From: Desulfobacterales bacterium
GTDB lineage: Bacteria; Desulfobacterota; Desulfobacteria; Desulfobacterales; UBA2174
Direction: 5' to 3'
Length of the DNA: 64,000 nucleotides
Assembly (NCBI GenBank): GCA_963668645.2
Contig: CAXXWC010000002.1
Location: 32,001-96,000, forward strand
The position numbers were made by a program, and so were the translations under genes. The stretch's first letter is position 1. Each line of letters opens with the position of its first letter. Below are positions 48,260 through 58,294 of this stretch, piece by piece. The notes beneath the pieces were generated by a model. The model saw only the letters and a list, made by a program, of their open reading frames with translations, made no database searches and was not told the DNA's origin.

Positions 48260-50303
48260 CCTCTTCGATCACCTTTTCGGCCAGATGGGCCGGCACCTCG
48301 TCATAGCGGGTGAACTCCATGGAATAGACCCCGCGCCCGCCGGTAATGGAATTGAGATCCGGGGCATAGGTGAGAAACTCGGCCAGGGGCACCTCGGCGT
48401 TGATCACCTGGTTTTTGCCGTGGCTGTCCATCCCGAGCACCCGGCCGCGGCGGCTGTTAAGGTCGCCCATGATATCGCCCATGAACTCCTCGGGGGTGAT
48501 CACGGTGACCTTCATGATCGGTTCGAGAAGCACCGGGGCGGCCTGTTCCCCGGCCTTTTTGAAGGCCAGCGAACCGGCGACTTTAAAAGCCATTTCCGAC
48601 GAATCCACTGCGTGAAAGGAGCCGAAGTCTAAGGTGGCCTTGAAGTCGATGCACGGGAATCCGGCCAGGACACCGCGCTGGGCCGACTCGATGATCCCTT
48701 TTTCCACTGCCGGAATGTAGGTCTTGGGGATCACCCCGCCAACGATGGCATCCACGAATTCGAAGCCGCTGCCCCGGGGCAAGGGTTCGAAGGCCACCCA
48801 GCAGTCCCCGTACTGGCCGTGGCCGCCGGTTTGCTTCTTGTGCTTGCCCTGGACCCGGATCTTCTTTTTGAAGGTTTCACGATAGGGGATTTTGGGGATA
48901 TGCAGCGTCACCTCGACGTTGAATTTGCGCCGCATGCGCTCCACGGTGGTTTCGATGTGCACCTGGCCCAGGCCGGACAGGACGATCTCCTTGGTTTCCG
49001 CGCGCCGTTCCATCTTGAGGCCCGGATCTTCTTCCATCAACCGGCTCAAGGAGGTGTAGATCTTGTCTTCTTCACCCTTGTTCTTGGCTTCCAGGGCGAA
49101 AGAAATGAGGGTCGGCAGTGGTTCGGCGAACTGGAAGCGGACCTTGCGGCCGTCATCGCAAAGGGTGTCTCCGGTGGTGGTTTCCTTGAGTTTGGCCACG
49201 GCCACGATATCACCGGGCCCTGCGCCGGGCAGCGGCTTTTGTTCCTTGCCCATGATGGCCAGAAGCTGGTTGAAGCGTTCCTTGGCCCGCTTTTTGGGAT
49301 TGTAGAACGTTCCGTCACTGCCCAGCCGGCCGGCCAGCACCCGAATGATGCTCAGACGTCCGGCATAGGGGTCAGAGATGGTTTTAAAAACCAACCCGGC
49401 AAAAGGTGCATCCGGATCGGGTGCGATCGTTATCGCCGCTTCGCTGCCGTCGTCCACCGCCGGGCGGGGATCGCGGTCGACCGGGGAGGGGAGGGCGGCC
49501 GCCAGAAAATCGCAGAGCAAGTCGATACCGACGTTGCGCACCGAAGATCCGCAGAGCACCGGCGCGAAGGTGCGGCCCAGTACGCCGGCCCGCAGGGCCT
49601 CGCGCAGTTCGTCGTCGCTCAGGGCTTCGCCTTCAAGATATTTTTCGATCAGATTGTCGTCCGCCTCGGCGATGTTTTCCACCAGTGCCTCTCGGGCGGC
49701 CTCGACTTCATCGGCCATTTCCGCAGGTACCTCTACGGTCGACGGTTTGCCGTTGGCATCGTAGGTGAACGCCTTCATCCGCAGCAGGTCAACAACACCC
49801 GAAAAACCGGCTTCCTTGCCGATGGGCAGCTGCAAGATCACCGGTTTGAGGTCGAAGCACTGTTCCGCGTCGGCCAGGGCCCGGGAAAAATCCGAGCGAT
49901 CCTTGTCGAGCTTGTTGACAAAGATGGCGCAGGGCATCCCGAACTGGCGGGCAAACTCCCATGCCTGTTCGGTTTGAACCTTGACCCCGTCGACCCCGTC
50001 TATGACCACCAGTGCGGCGTCCGCGCCTTGCATGCACAGTTTGGTATCGGTGAAAAAGTTCATATCCCCCGGAGTGTCCACCAGAATGAACCGGTGCTTT
50101 TTCCAATCGAACTGGTGGAAGCCGGTGGTGATGCTCGCTCCACGCTTGACTTCCTCAGGCTCGAAATCGAGCACCGTATTGCCCTCTTCGATGCGCCCCA
50201 GGCGGGTGGTGACACCGGCATCAAAGAGCATCGCTTCTGCCAGGGACGTCTTGCCGGCGCCGCTGTGGCCGACCAGCGCAAAGTTTCTTAGTTTGTCAAC
50301 CAT
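48240..50303 (-). CDS. fusA: Elongation factor G paralog (EF-G2 type)
   Basis: GHSGAGKTSL, DTPG, NKLD, G.VHIE, KKQTGGHGQYG, H.VDSSEMAF, LLEPIM. Not adjacent to rpsL/rpsG/tuf. Confidence 0.92.
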   Translation of the reverse strand: MVDKLRNFALVGHSGAGKTSLAEAMLFDAGVTTRLGRIEEGNTVLDFEPEEVKRGASITTGFHQFDWKKHRFILVDTPGDMNFFTDTKLCMQGADAALVVIDGVDGVKVQTEQAWEFARQFGMPCAIFVNKLDKDRSDFSRALADAEQCFDLKPVILQLPIGKEAGFSGVVDLLRMKAFTYDANGKPSTVEVPAEMADEVEAAREALVENIAEADDNLIEKYLEGEALSDDELREALRAGVLGRTFAPVLCGSSVRNVGIDLLCDFLAAALPSPVDRDPRPAVDDGSEAAITIAPDPDAPFAGLVFKTISDPYAGRLSIIRVLAGRLGSDGTFYNPKKRAKERFNQLLAIMGKEQKPLPGAGPGDIVAVAKLKETTTGDTLCDDGRKVRFQFAEPLPTLISFALEAKNKGEEDKIYTSLSRLMEEDPGLKMERRAETKEIVLSGLGQVHIETTVERMRRKFNVEVTLHIPKIPYRETFKKKIRVQGKHKKQTGGHGQYGDCWVAFEPLPRGSGFEFVDAIVGGVIPKTYIPAVEKGIIESAQRGVLAGFPCIDFKATLDFGSFHAVDSSEMAFKVAGSLAFKKAGEQAAPVLLEPIMKVTVITPEEFMGDIMGDLNSRRGRVLGMDSHGKNQVINAEVPLAEFLTYAPDLNSITGGRGVYSMEFTRYDEVPAHLAEKVIEEVKKQQE

Positions 50304-50394
50304 GTGCGTCCTCTTTGCTCCTTCCTCAGTCAAATGGTGGCGCCGCGTTCCAGCGCGGCCTTCCGGGGATTGGTAAATTGGCTTTTTTAACGTT

Positions 50395-51162
50395 TCAAGA
50401 CGAAAAAAGCAAGGCGATGATAAATTCGCGGTTGCCCTTGGGGCCGAGAATGGGCGAAGGCAGGACCTTTTCCACCGTCAAGCCGCAGCCCACAAAGAAA
50501 GTGGACAATTCTTCGATGACGGTCTGGTGCAAAGCCGGTTGGCGCACCACGCCGCCTTTGCCCACCTGGCCGCGGCCCACTTCGAACTGGGGCTTGATCA
50601 AAGCCAGGATCCGTCCTGCGGGTCTGAGAAAACGCAGGGCCGCCGGCACCACGATGCGCAACGATATAAAAGAGGTATCGATGACCACCAGATCGACCGG
50701 TTCGGGGATGGCATCGGTGGGCAGGTAGCGGATATTGGATCGCTCGATGGGCGTAACCCGCGGATCCTGGCGCAGTTTCCAGGCCAGTTGGCCGTAACCC
50801 ACGTCCACCGCGTAAACCCGGCGCGCCCCGTTTTGCAGCAGGCAGTCGGTAAAACCGCCCGTCGAGGCGCCCACATCCAGGCAGATCAGATCCGCCACGG
50901 ATACCGGCACGGCCTGGAGGGCCGCCGCCAGCTTGATTCCTCCGCGGGACACGAACGGATGGTCCTGGCCCTGGAGGGAGAGGGCACTGTCGGCGGGTAC
51001 CTTAACCCCGGGCTTGTCCAGCAGACCGGTACCCACTTGCACTTTGCCGGCCATGATGAGAGCCCGGGCCCGCTGGCGGCTTTCAACCAGGCCCCTGTCC
51101 ACCAGAAGCTGGTCCAGACGGACTTTGGCGGCCTTGGGGCGGGTTGCGGCCGGCTTATCCAT
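50395..51162 (-). CDS. tlyA: TlyA family rRNA 2'-O-methyltransferase
   Basis: S4 domain RLD.LLV.RGL..SR; VSRGG.KL, DVGASTGGFTD, KPQFE, G.KGN.EF. Confidence 0.94.
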   Translation of the reverse strand: MDKPAATRPKAAKVRLDQLLVDRGLVESRQRARALIMAGKVQVGTGLLDKPGVKVPADSALSLQGQDHPFVSRGGIKLAAALQAVPVSVADLICLDVGASTGGFTDCLLQNGARRVYAVDVGYGQLAWKLRQDPRVTPIERSNIRYLPTDAIPEPVDLVVIDTSFISLRIVVPAALRFLRPAGRILALIKPQFEVGRGQVGKGGVVRQPALHQTVIEELSTFFVGCGLTVEKVLPSPILGPKGNREFIIALLFSS

Positions 51163-53044
51163 CGGCCAGCAGCCCGCGGGCCGCCTCGGCAATGGCGGCG
51201 GCATCCAGGCCGTAGCGGGCGCGCAGGATCCGCTGGGAACCATGCTCGACAAAGGTGTCGGCCACTCCCAGGCGCTTGATTTTCCAGCCGCTCAGTCCCG
51301 CGTCTGCCAGGCATTCAAGAACCGCCGAACCGAACCCCCCCTGGCAGGCATGCTCTTCAACCGTAACGATGCGCGGAATCCGGGCCGCCAGCTCCAGGAT
51401 CAAGCGGCTGTCCAGGGGCTTGACAAAACGTGCATCCACGATGGTGGCTCCGATCCCGTCGGCTGCGAGCTGTTCGCCGGCCAACAGGGCCTCGCTCAAG
51501 GGCCGGCCGATGGCCAGGATGAGTACATCCGCGCCGCCGTCGCGGCGAATGGCGGCTTTGCCCAAGGCAAGAGGTGCGATGGGATCGTCCAGAGCGCATC
51601 CGGTGGCCGCGCCCCGGGGGTAGCGAAGGGCGATGGGGCCGTCGTGGTCCAGGGCGGTACGCAGCATTCGGCGCAGCTCGTTTTCGTCGCTGGGAGCCAT
51701 CACGGCCATGTTGGGGATATTGCGCAGATAGGCGAAATCGAAGAGTCCCTGATGGGTGGGACCGTCCTCGCCCACGATCCCGCCCCGGTCGATGGCAAAG
51801 ACCACCGGCAGGGCGTCGAGGCATACATCGTGCACGATCTGGTCGTAGGCCCGCTGCAAAAAGGTGGAATAGATCGCCACCACCGGCCGGAACCCTTCGG
51901 TGGCCAGACCGGCGGCAAAGGTCACCCCGTGGGGTTCGGCGATGCCGACATCGAAAAACCGTTTGGGAAAGCGGCGGGCGAACTCGGCCAGACCGGTACC
52001 TTCGGGCATTGCGGCGGTCACGGCGATCACCCGCTGATCCGCGGTGCCGAACTCGATCATCGTCTGGCCGAAGACTTCGGTATAGCTCGGCACCTTGCGT
52101 CTGGAAAGCGGACAGGCACCCGTTTCTATTTCGAAGGCTCCGCAGCCGTGGAAATATACCGGATTTTTTTCCGCCGGCGGGTAGCCGCGTCCCTTGATGG
52201 TGGTCACATGCAGCAGGACCGGTTCCTGGATGTGGCGGATGTTTTCCAGGATGTCGATCAAATGTTCGAGGTTGTGGCCTTTGATCGGGCCGAAATAATC
52301 GAAGTTGTAGGCCTCGAAGAGCATCCCGGGGGTGACGAAGGTCTTGAAGGATTCCTCGCTGCGCTTGGCCAGGTCGTAGATGTCGGTGCCGATCCCGGGC
52401 AGTGCTTTGAGAAACGATCCGAAGTCCTTGCGCCATTCCTGGAGGCGCTTGGCGGAGAGCTTGCGGCTGAGAAACGAGGAAAGGGCCCCCACATTGGGCG
52501 AAATCGACATGTCGTTGTCGTTGAGGATGACCAGCAGGTTTTCTTTTTCCTTGCGCAGGTCACCGGCCTGATTGAGCCCTTCGAAAGCCAGTCCTGCGGT
52601 CATCGATCCGTCGCCGATCACGGCGATGGTCTTGCGCCCGTCGCCCTTGAGGCGCTTGGCGCAGGCGACGCCCAACCCGGCGCTGATGGAGGTCGAGCTG
52701 TGGCCCGTGGAAAAAGCGTCGTAGGGGCTCTCGCCGCGCCGGGTGAATCCCGAAATGCCGCCGTCCTGGCGCAAGGTTTCGAACCGCCTGCGCCGTCCGG
52801 TGAGCAGCTTGTGGGCATACGCCTGATGGCCCACGTCCCAGATCACCTTGTCCAGGGGCGTGTCAAAGACATAGTGGATGGCGATGGCCAGCTCGACGGC
52901 GCCCAGGCTCGGTGCCAGATGGCCGCCGTTGTGCGAAACGACCTTAACGATCTGTTGGCGGATTTCCTCGGCCAGAAGCGGCAGTTCGTTGCGCGCCAGT
53001 TTTTTGAGATCCGCTGGTGAATCGATTTGCGCCAGAAGACTCAA
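51155..53044 (-). CDS. dxs: 1-deoxy-D-xylulose-5-phosphate synthase
   Basis: GGHLAPSLG, WDVGHQAY.HK, GDGSMT.G..FE.LN, DVGIAE, YSTFLQRAYDQ, DGPTHQG. Confidence 0.97.
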   Translation of the reverse strand: MSLLAQIDSPADLKKLARNELPLLAEEIRQQIVKVVSHNGGHLAPSLGAVELAIAIHYVFDTPLDKVIWDVGHQAYAHKLLTGRRRRFETLRQDGGISGFTRRGESPYDAFSTGHSSTSISAGLGVACAKRLKGDGRKTIAVIGDGSMTAGLAFEGLNQAGDLRKEKENLLVILNDNDMSISPNVGALSSFLSRKLSAKRLQEWRKDFGSFLKALPGIGTDIYDLAKRSEESFKTFVTPGMLFEAYNFDYFGPIKGHNLEHLIDILENIRHIQEPVLLHVTTIKGRGYPPAEKNPVYFHGCGAFEIETGACPLSRRKVPSYTEVFGQTMIEFGTADQRVIAVTAAMPEGTGLAEFARRFPKRFFDVGIAEPHGVTFAAGLATEGFRPVVAIYSTFLQRAYDQIVHDVCLDALPVVFAIDRGGIVGEDGPTHQGLFDFAYLRNIPNMAVMAPSDENELRRMLRTALDHDGPIALRYPRGAATGCALDDPIAPLALGKAAIRRDGGADVLILAIGRPLSEALLAGEQLAADGIGATIVDARFVKPLDSRLILELAARIPRIVTVEEHACQGGFGSAVLECLADAGLSGWKIKRLGVADTFVEHGSQRILRARYGLDAAAIAEAARGLLADG

Positions 53045-53065
53045 TCTTCTCCTCCCCGATTGCGA

Positions 53066-53980
53066 CTATCGGTTGCGCTCGATGACGTAGCGGGCGATGG
53101 CCCGCAACGGTTTTGCCCTGTTATCAAATATTTCTATGGCTTGCAAGGCTTGAGCCACCAGCCCCCTGGCCATCTCGCGCGCGCTTTCCAGACCCAGCAG
53201 GGCAGGGTAGGTAAGCTTGCCGCGGGCCGCATCGGTACCCACGGCCTTGCCCATCAAAACCGGATCGCCGGTCACGTTGAGAATGTCGTCGGCCACCTGA
53301 AAGGCCAGCCCCAGACAGGCGGCGTATCGATCCAGGTGGTCCAGGTCGCCGGGCGAGGCTCCGGCCAGGCGCGCTCCGATGCTCACCGCGGCCCGGATAA
53401 TGGCGCCGGTCTTGAGCCGGTGCATCGCCTCGAGGCCCTCCAGGCTGGGCGGCGCCTTTTCGGCTTGCATGTCGCGCATCTGGCCTTCGATCATGCCGCC
53501 ATGGCCGGCCGCTGCGGCCAGTTCGAAAACGATCTGGCGCCATACCTCGGCTTCCACTCCGCGGACCGCTTCAGGACGGCTCAAGATCTCGAATGCCAGG
53601 GTCAACAGGGCGTCTCCGGCCAAAATCGCCGTGGCCTCGTCAAAGGCCACGTGGCAGGTGGGCCGGCCGCGCCGGGTGCAGTCATCGTCCATAGCGGGCA
53701 GATCGTCGTGGATCAGTGAATAGGTATGCACCATTTCCAGGGCGCATGCTGCGGCGGTGAGCGCCTCGTCAGGGGCGCTGCCGACCGCTTGGGCCGCGGC
53801 TCTGCACAGGATCGGCCGCAGGCGCTTGCCGCCGCCCAATAAAGAGTGGGCCATGGCTTCGACGATCCGCGCTTTAGGCTGCGGGGTTTGCAGGTAATTT
53901 TCCAAGGCCCCATCGATCCGGGCCGCCGAATCGGCCAGATATTGCTTGAGATCGAACGGCTCAGGACTCTTCAAGGTCAT
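53066..53980 (-). CDS. ispA: Farnesyl/geranylgeranyl diphosphate synthase
   Basis: GGKRLRP, SLIHDDLPAMDDD..RRG, GQ..D, KTG, FQVADDIL. Confidence 0.94.
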   Translation of the reverse strand: MTLKSPEPFDLKQYLADSAARIDGALENYLQTPQPKARIVEAMAHSLLGGGKRLRPILCRAAAQAVGSAPDEALTAAACALEMVHTYSLIHDDLPAMDDDCTRRGRPTCHVAFDEATAILAGDALLTLAFEILSRPEAVRGVEAEVWRQIVFELAAAAGHGGMIEGQMRDMQAEKAPPSLEGLEAMHRLKTGAIIRAAVSIGARLAGASPGDLDHLDRYAACLGLAFQVADDILNVTGDPVLMGKAVGTDAARGKLTYPALLGLESAREMARGLVAQALQAIEIFDNRAKPLRAIARYVIERNR

Positions 53981-54206
53981 CCTCGGGAGGTTGCATCGGT
54001 TTTTCGGTCAGCTGTCCGTCCTTGTCCATCATCAGAACACCGATCCTTTTTTCGGTCTCGTCCAGCTTTTGGCTGCAAAACCGCGCCAGACGCATCCCTT
54101 CCTCGAATTTACGGATCGCCGCCTCGAGCGGCGGATCGCCGTTTTCCAGTTCGGCCACGATCCGTTCGAGCCGTTCCATGGCGGATTCGAAATTCTGTTG
54201 GGCCAT
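53961..54206 (-). CDS. xseB: Exodeoxyribonuclease VII small subunit
   Basis: FE.AM..LE.IV..LE.G...LE.AI..FEEG. Confidence 0.93.
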   Translation of the reverse strand: MAQQNFESAMERLERIVAELENGDPPLEAAIRKFEEGMRLARFCSQKLDETEKRIGVLMMDKDGQLTEKPMQPPEDDLEES

Positions 54207-54275
54207 GCCGTATTCCCCGTTAATTGGATTGGGAGCGTTAAAAAAATCAAGATCTTTGGAATCGTTGATGCGGCG

Positions 54276-55637
54276 CTAGATCACGCGCACCTTCAGCCGT
54301 CCCCGGGCCAGGAGGATCTCCAAGGTCTGATCAGGAGCCGCCTCGCCGGCCTGCCGCACCACCCGATGATCCGGCAGGGTGCGGGTGATGCTGTAGCCGC
54401 GCTCCAAGACCGCCAAAGGGCTAAGGGCCGTCAAACGCGCGGACAGGGGCCCAAGGTGCTGGCGCCGCATCGCGAGCCACAAGCGCTGAGCCGCCCAAAG
54501 CCGGTCCAGGCAGCCTCCCAGCTTCTGCCGCGCCCCTTCAAGCCGGCGCTGCGGATGAGTCGCGTTCAGCCGGGCGCCGAGCCATTGCAGGCGGCTGTGA
54601 TTCTTGTCCATACGCTTTGCGACAGCTCGCCGCAAGCGGGCCTCCAATTCGTCGATGCGCAGACGGGCATCGTCGATGCGCCGCCGCTGTACCGCCAGAT
54701 GGGCGGCAACAGTATTGATGCGGGCCCGGCGCAGGGCCGCATAGTTTCTCCACCAGGTCTCCAGCACCCGGGTCAGACGCGCCAGCCTGGCGGCCAGCTC
54801 GATCCGGTCCGGGACGATCATTTCAGCGGCCGCGGACGGGGTCGGCGCCCGCAGGTCGGCCACCAGGTCGGCGATGGTCAGGTCGGTTTCATGCCCCACG
54901 GCTGAAACCACCGGCAACTGCGACGCCGCGATGGCCCGGGCCACCGGTTCGCTATTAAAGGCCTGCAGGTCTTCAAGGCTGCCGCCGCCGCGCGCCAGGA
55001 TGATCAGGTCGGCGCTGGCGTCCTGATTGGCCGATTCGATGGCCTGCACCAGGTCCGAAACCGCCGCGGCCCCCTGGACCGCAGCCGGTACCAGCTGAAT
55101 GGCCAGGCAGGGAAAACGCCGCCAGGCGACTTTGCAGATATCGCGCCATACGGCGCCGCTCAAGGAAGTGATGACGCTGATCTTGCGCGGCAGCGGCGGC
55201 AGCGGCCGTTTTCTTGACGCCGCAAAAAGGCCTTCGGCGGACAGGCGGGCCTTGAGCGCTTCGAAGGCCTGTTGCAAGGCGCCGGCGCCGGAAGGTTCGA
55301 GGTATTCAAAAATCACCTGGTAGGTGCCGCGCGGTGCGTAGACCCCGATGCGGCCCAGTCCCATGACCTGGTCGCCGTCGCCGGGGGAAAATTTGAGGGC
55401 CCTGAGCTGGGGGCGGAACAATACAGCTCCGATCTGGGCACCGGCATCTTTAAGGGTAAAGTAGGCATGGCCTGAAGCGGCGATCTTGAAATTGGATATC
55501 TCACCGGCAATCCAGATAAAATCAAGAGAATCTTCAAGTATGAATTTTATTTTTTGGGTCAGGTCCGAAACCGTTAAAATCTGTCGCGCCTCGGGCTTCG
55601 AATTCACAGGAAAGATGGTGTTGCGATTGCTGACCAT
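54276..55637 (-). CDS. xseA: Exodeoxyribonuclease VII large subunit
   Basis: GEISN, SGH.YF.LKD, RGGGS.EDL..FN, SAVGHETD, RAPTPSAAAE, L.RGYS. Confidence 0.96.
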   Translation of the reverse strand: MVSNRNTIFPVNSKPEARQILTVSDLTQKIKFILEDSLDFIWIAGEISNFKIAASGHAYFTLKDAGAQIGAVLFRPQLRALKFSPGDGDQVMGLGRIGVYAPRGTYQVIFEYLEPSGAGALQQAFEALKARLSAEGLFAASRKRPLPPLPRKISVITSLSGAVWRDICKVAWRRFPCLAIQLVPAAVQGAAAVSDLVQAIESANQDASADLIILARGGGSLEDLQAFNSEPVARAIAASQLPVVSAVGHETDLTIADLVADLRAPTPSAAAEMIVPDRIELAARLARLTRVLETWWRNYAALRRARINTVAAHLAVQRRRIDDARLRIDELEARLRRAVAKRMDKNHSRLQWLGARLNATHPQRRLEGARQKLGGCLDRLWAAQRLWLAMRRQHLGPLSARLTALSPLAVLERGYSITRTLPDHRVVRQAGEAAPDQTLEILLARGRLKVRVI

Positions 55638-55724
55638 GAGATCGGGCCCTTAACGACCTTGACGGCATGCTGCGACCGGTGGCCGGCCTGGCGCTGGAAA
55701 GGTCCTCTCCTGGAGTCGGCTTGA

Positions 55725-55752
55725 ATGTCGCATAAGATATATTATGTAAACT
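55725..55752 (+). other. dif: XerC/XerD dif recombination site
   Basis: ATGTCGCATAA-GATATA-TTATGTAAACT, compared with E. coli dif GGTGCGCATAA-TGTATA-TTATGTTAAAT. Intergenic, 11-6-11 layout. Confidence 0.88.
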
Positions 55753-56043
55753 TTATCGGTCAGCTTCGGATTCGCCGGGCATCCCGTGCTTTTTCAGCAG
55801 GTCCCTCACCGCCGGCACCATGAAGACCGCTTCGCTGTCCAAAGCGGCCAGGGCCTCGGCCAGAAGCTCTATCTTTTCGCGCATGGGGCAGTGTTTGTCC
55901 ATGATAAAATAGATTCTTCCACGAATCCTGCACATACCGCTGCGGGCGCGGACCCCGGTGGCCTTGAAGCTGTGTTCGACCACCGTCACGCCGAGCCGTT
56001 CGGCGGCATTTTTGAGTTCCTCGTATAGGTGAAGGGCTTTCAT
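55753..56043 (-). CDS. Small hypothetical protein
   Basis: 96-aa ORF with L..AAERLGV.V...SG.CRI.G and E.VF..PAVR.LL. Coding-like codon usage. Confidence 0.7.
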   Translation of the reverse strand: MKALHLYEELKNAAERLGVTVVEHSFKATGVRARSGMCRIRGRIYFIMDKHCPMREKIELLAEALAALDSEAVFMVPAVRDLLKKHGMPGESEADR

Positions 56044-56044
56044 G

Positions 56045-56072
56045 TTGAAATTGCACAACCCTGTGTTATATT
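56045..56072 (+). promoter_or_regulatory. Putative sigma70 promoter for the BI-1 gene
   Basis: TTGAAA-16 bp-TATATT with a TG extension. Confidence 0.4.
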
Positions 56073-56137
56073 TGGGCCGTCACTTTTGAGAGGTAGATTT
56101 AAATGCGTTCAACCCAACTCGGCTCATAGGAGGCACA

Positions 56138-56848
56138 ATGCGCAACTCGGCACCTTTTCTGTCAACGACCCAAGCCCAAGTCCAGGTCAACGCGTTCGTG
56201 CGCGGGGTTTACAACTGGATGGCCATCGGTCTGGGCCTGACGGCGCTGACGGCCTTTTTTGTCGCGGGCAGCGAAACTTTGCTGCGTTTGATCTTCGGTA
56301 ACCCCGTCGTCTTTTTCGGGCTGATCATCGGCGAACTGGCCCTGGTCTGGTCCCTGGCCGCCCGGGTGCATCGCATGCAGGCCGGTACGGCCACCAACCT
56401 TTTTATTCTTTACGCGGTGCTTAACGGGGCGACCTTGTCGGTGATTTTCCTCCGTTACACCATGTCTTCCATCGCCTCAACCTTCGTGGTCTGCGCGGCC
56501 ACTTTCCTGGCCATGAGCATCTACGGTTGGACCACTAAAAAAGATCTGACCTCATGGGGCAGCTTCCTTTTCATGGGGCTGATCGGCATCATCATCGCCT
56601 CGCTGGTCAACATTTTCGTTCGAAGCAGCGCCATGGCGATGATCATCAGCTACGTCGGAGTGCTGATCTTCGTGGGGCTGACCGCCTATGACACCCAGAA
56701 AATCAAGGCCATGGCAATGGCCCAGCCGGCCGGCCTCGACGCCGCTGTGATCCGCAAGGGGTCGATCCTCGGGGCTCTGACCCTCTACCTGGACTTCGTC
56801 AACCTCTTTTTGATGCTGATCCACATCTTGGGCGGCAGCCGCGACTAA
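56138..56848 (+). CDS. Bax inhibitor-1/YccA family membrane protein
   Basis: F.R.VY.WM..GL, YG.TTKKDL, LTAYDTQKIK, AL.LYLDF.NLF. Confidence 0.93.
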   Translation: MRNSAPFLSTTQAQVQVNAFVRGVYNWMAIGLGLTALTAFFVAGSETLLRLIFGNPVVFFGLIIGELALVWSLAARVHRMQAGTATNLFILYAVLNGATLSVIFLRYTMSSIASTFVVCAATFLAMSIYGWTTKKDLTSWGSFLFMGLIGIIIASLVNIFVRSSAMAMIISYVGVLIFVGLTAYDTQKIKAMAMAQPAGLDAAVIRKGSILGALTLYLDFVNLFLMLIHILGGSRD

Positions 56849-56873
56849 AACCAACTTGTTGTTACAACTCCTG

Positions 56874-56916
56874 TTTACGATCCCCGGCGCCCTTCGGTCC
56901 GGGGATCGTAAATTTT
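56874..56916. terminator. Hairpin terminator between the convergent BI-1 and glmM genes
   Basis: TTTACGATCCCCGG...CCGGGGATCGTAAA, a 14-bp perfect inverted repeat followed by TTTT. Confidence 0.75.
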
Positions 56917-58270
56917 AACCGACCGCCTGGCGCACCGCATCGGCAATGCGCCGACACATCGCCGCGGTTTTTCCGGGGTGCGGCCCTTCCACCATGACCC
57001 GGCAGACCGGCTGGGTGCCTGAGTAACGGACCAGCACCCTTCCCTGCCCTTCGAGTTCCTTTTCCACCGCCGCAATCTGCCTCATCACCGCATCCAACTC
57101 TTCCAGGGGCGGTTTGGTTTTCACGTCAACGGTCATCAGAACCTGGGGACGGACGGTCATGACCCGGGCCAGTTCGGACAGCGGCTTGCCGCTGGAGGCC
57201 ACCACGCCCATCAATCGGAGCCCGGAAAGGATCCCGTCGCCCGTGGTGTGCAAACCCCGCAGGATGATATGTCCCGAATCCTCGCCGCCCAGCACGGCGC
57301 CGGTGCGCTGCATGACCTCCATGACCCGGCGGTCGCCCACATCACTGGTATGATGGACGATGCCGAGACCTCGCAGCGCCAGGCCCAGTCCCAGGTTGCT
57401 CATCACTGTCGTCACCACGCTGCGCGGAACGAGCGTTTTGCGCCGATCCATGTCCCGGGCCAGGATCGCGATGCTCTGATCCCCGGTGAGCACCTGCCCG
57501 GTTTCATCCACCGCCACCACCCGGTCGGCGTCCCCGTCAAAGGCCAAACCGGCGTGGGCCCCGATCTGTACCACCTTGCGGGCCAGGTCCCGGGGATGTT
57601 CCGAACCGCAGCCGGCATTGATGTTGCGCCCGTCAGGATGGGCCGCCATCACTGTCACCCTGGCCCCCAGGTCGGCGAAAACCAGCGGTGCTAAGCGGCT
57701 TGCGGCGCCGTTGGCGCAGTCGAGAACCAGATCGAGACCTTCCAACATTCCTGCGGCCCTGCCGGCCTCGACCAGAAAACGGCGGTAGGCCTCCAGCGGA
57801 TCCTGGAGCGGGAGGGACATTGCGGCCGGTTCGCTGGGCCGCGCCGGCGGTCCGGTACTGCCGTCAAGGAGATGGTTTTCGATCTCGTTTTCCAGCCGAT
57901 CGTCGATTTTCATTCCTGCAGCGTCAAAAATCTTGATCCCATTGTCCTCGTACGGATTGTGGGAAGCCGAAATCATGATCCCCAGGGGCGCACCGGTGCT
58001 CGCCACCAGATGCGCCACGGCGGGCGTGGGCAACACCCCCACGCGAACAGCACCCATCCCGGCCGCTAGAATTCCGGCGGCTGCGGCCTGGGCCAGCATA
58101 TCCCCTGAAATGCGCGTATCTTGTCCGATGACCGCCGGTGCAGCGGCATCCGCGGCCCTGCTTCCCATCACCTCAGCCGCGGCGCGGCCGACGCGCAAGG
58201 CGGTTTCGGCATCCATCGGATATCGGTTAGCCAGCCCTCGAATGCCGTCGGTTCCGAATAAACGTCCCAT
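56915..58270 (-). CDS. glmM: Phosphoglucosamine mutase
   Basis: FGTDGIRG, ISASHNP..DNGIK, DGDADR, GGE.SGH, RYSGT.P..RVMVEG. Confidence 0.95.
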   Translation of the reverse strand: MGRLFGTDGIRGLANRYPMDAETALRVGRAAAEVMGSRAADAAAPAVIGQDTRISGDMLAQAAAAGILAAGMGAVRVGVLPTPAVAHLVASTGAPLGIMISASHNPYEDNGIKIFDAAGMKIDDRLENEIENHLLDGSTGPPARPSEPAAMSLPLQDPLEAYRRFLVEAGRAAGMLEGLDLVLDCANGAASRLAPLVFADLGARVTVMAAHPDGRNINAGCGSEHPRDLARKVVQIGAHAGLAFDGDADRVVAVDETGQVLTGDQSIAILARDMDRRKTLVPRSVVTTVMSNLGLGLALRGLGIVHHTSDVGDRRVMEVMQRTGAVLGGEDSGHIILRGLHTTGDGILSGLRLMGVVASSGKPLSELARVMTVRPQVLMTVDVKTKPPLEELDAVMRQIAAVEKELEGQGRVLVRYSGTQPVCRVMVEGPHPGKTAAMCRRIADAVRQAVG

Positions 58271-58294
58271 CGCAACTCCTGAAAATCGATTCTA

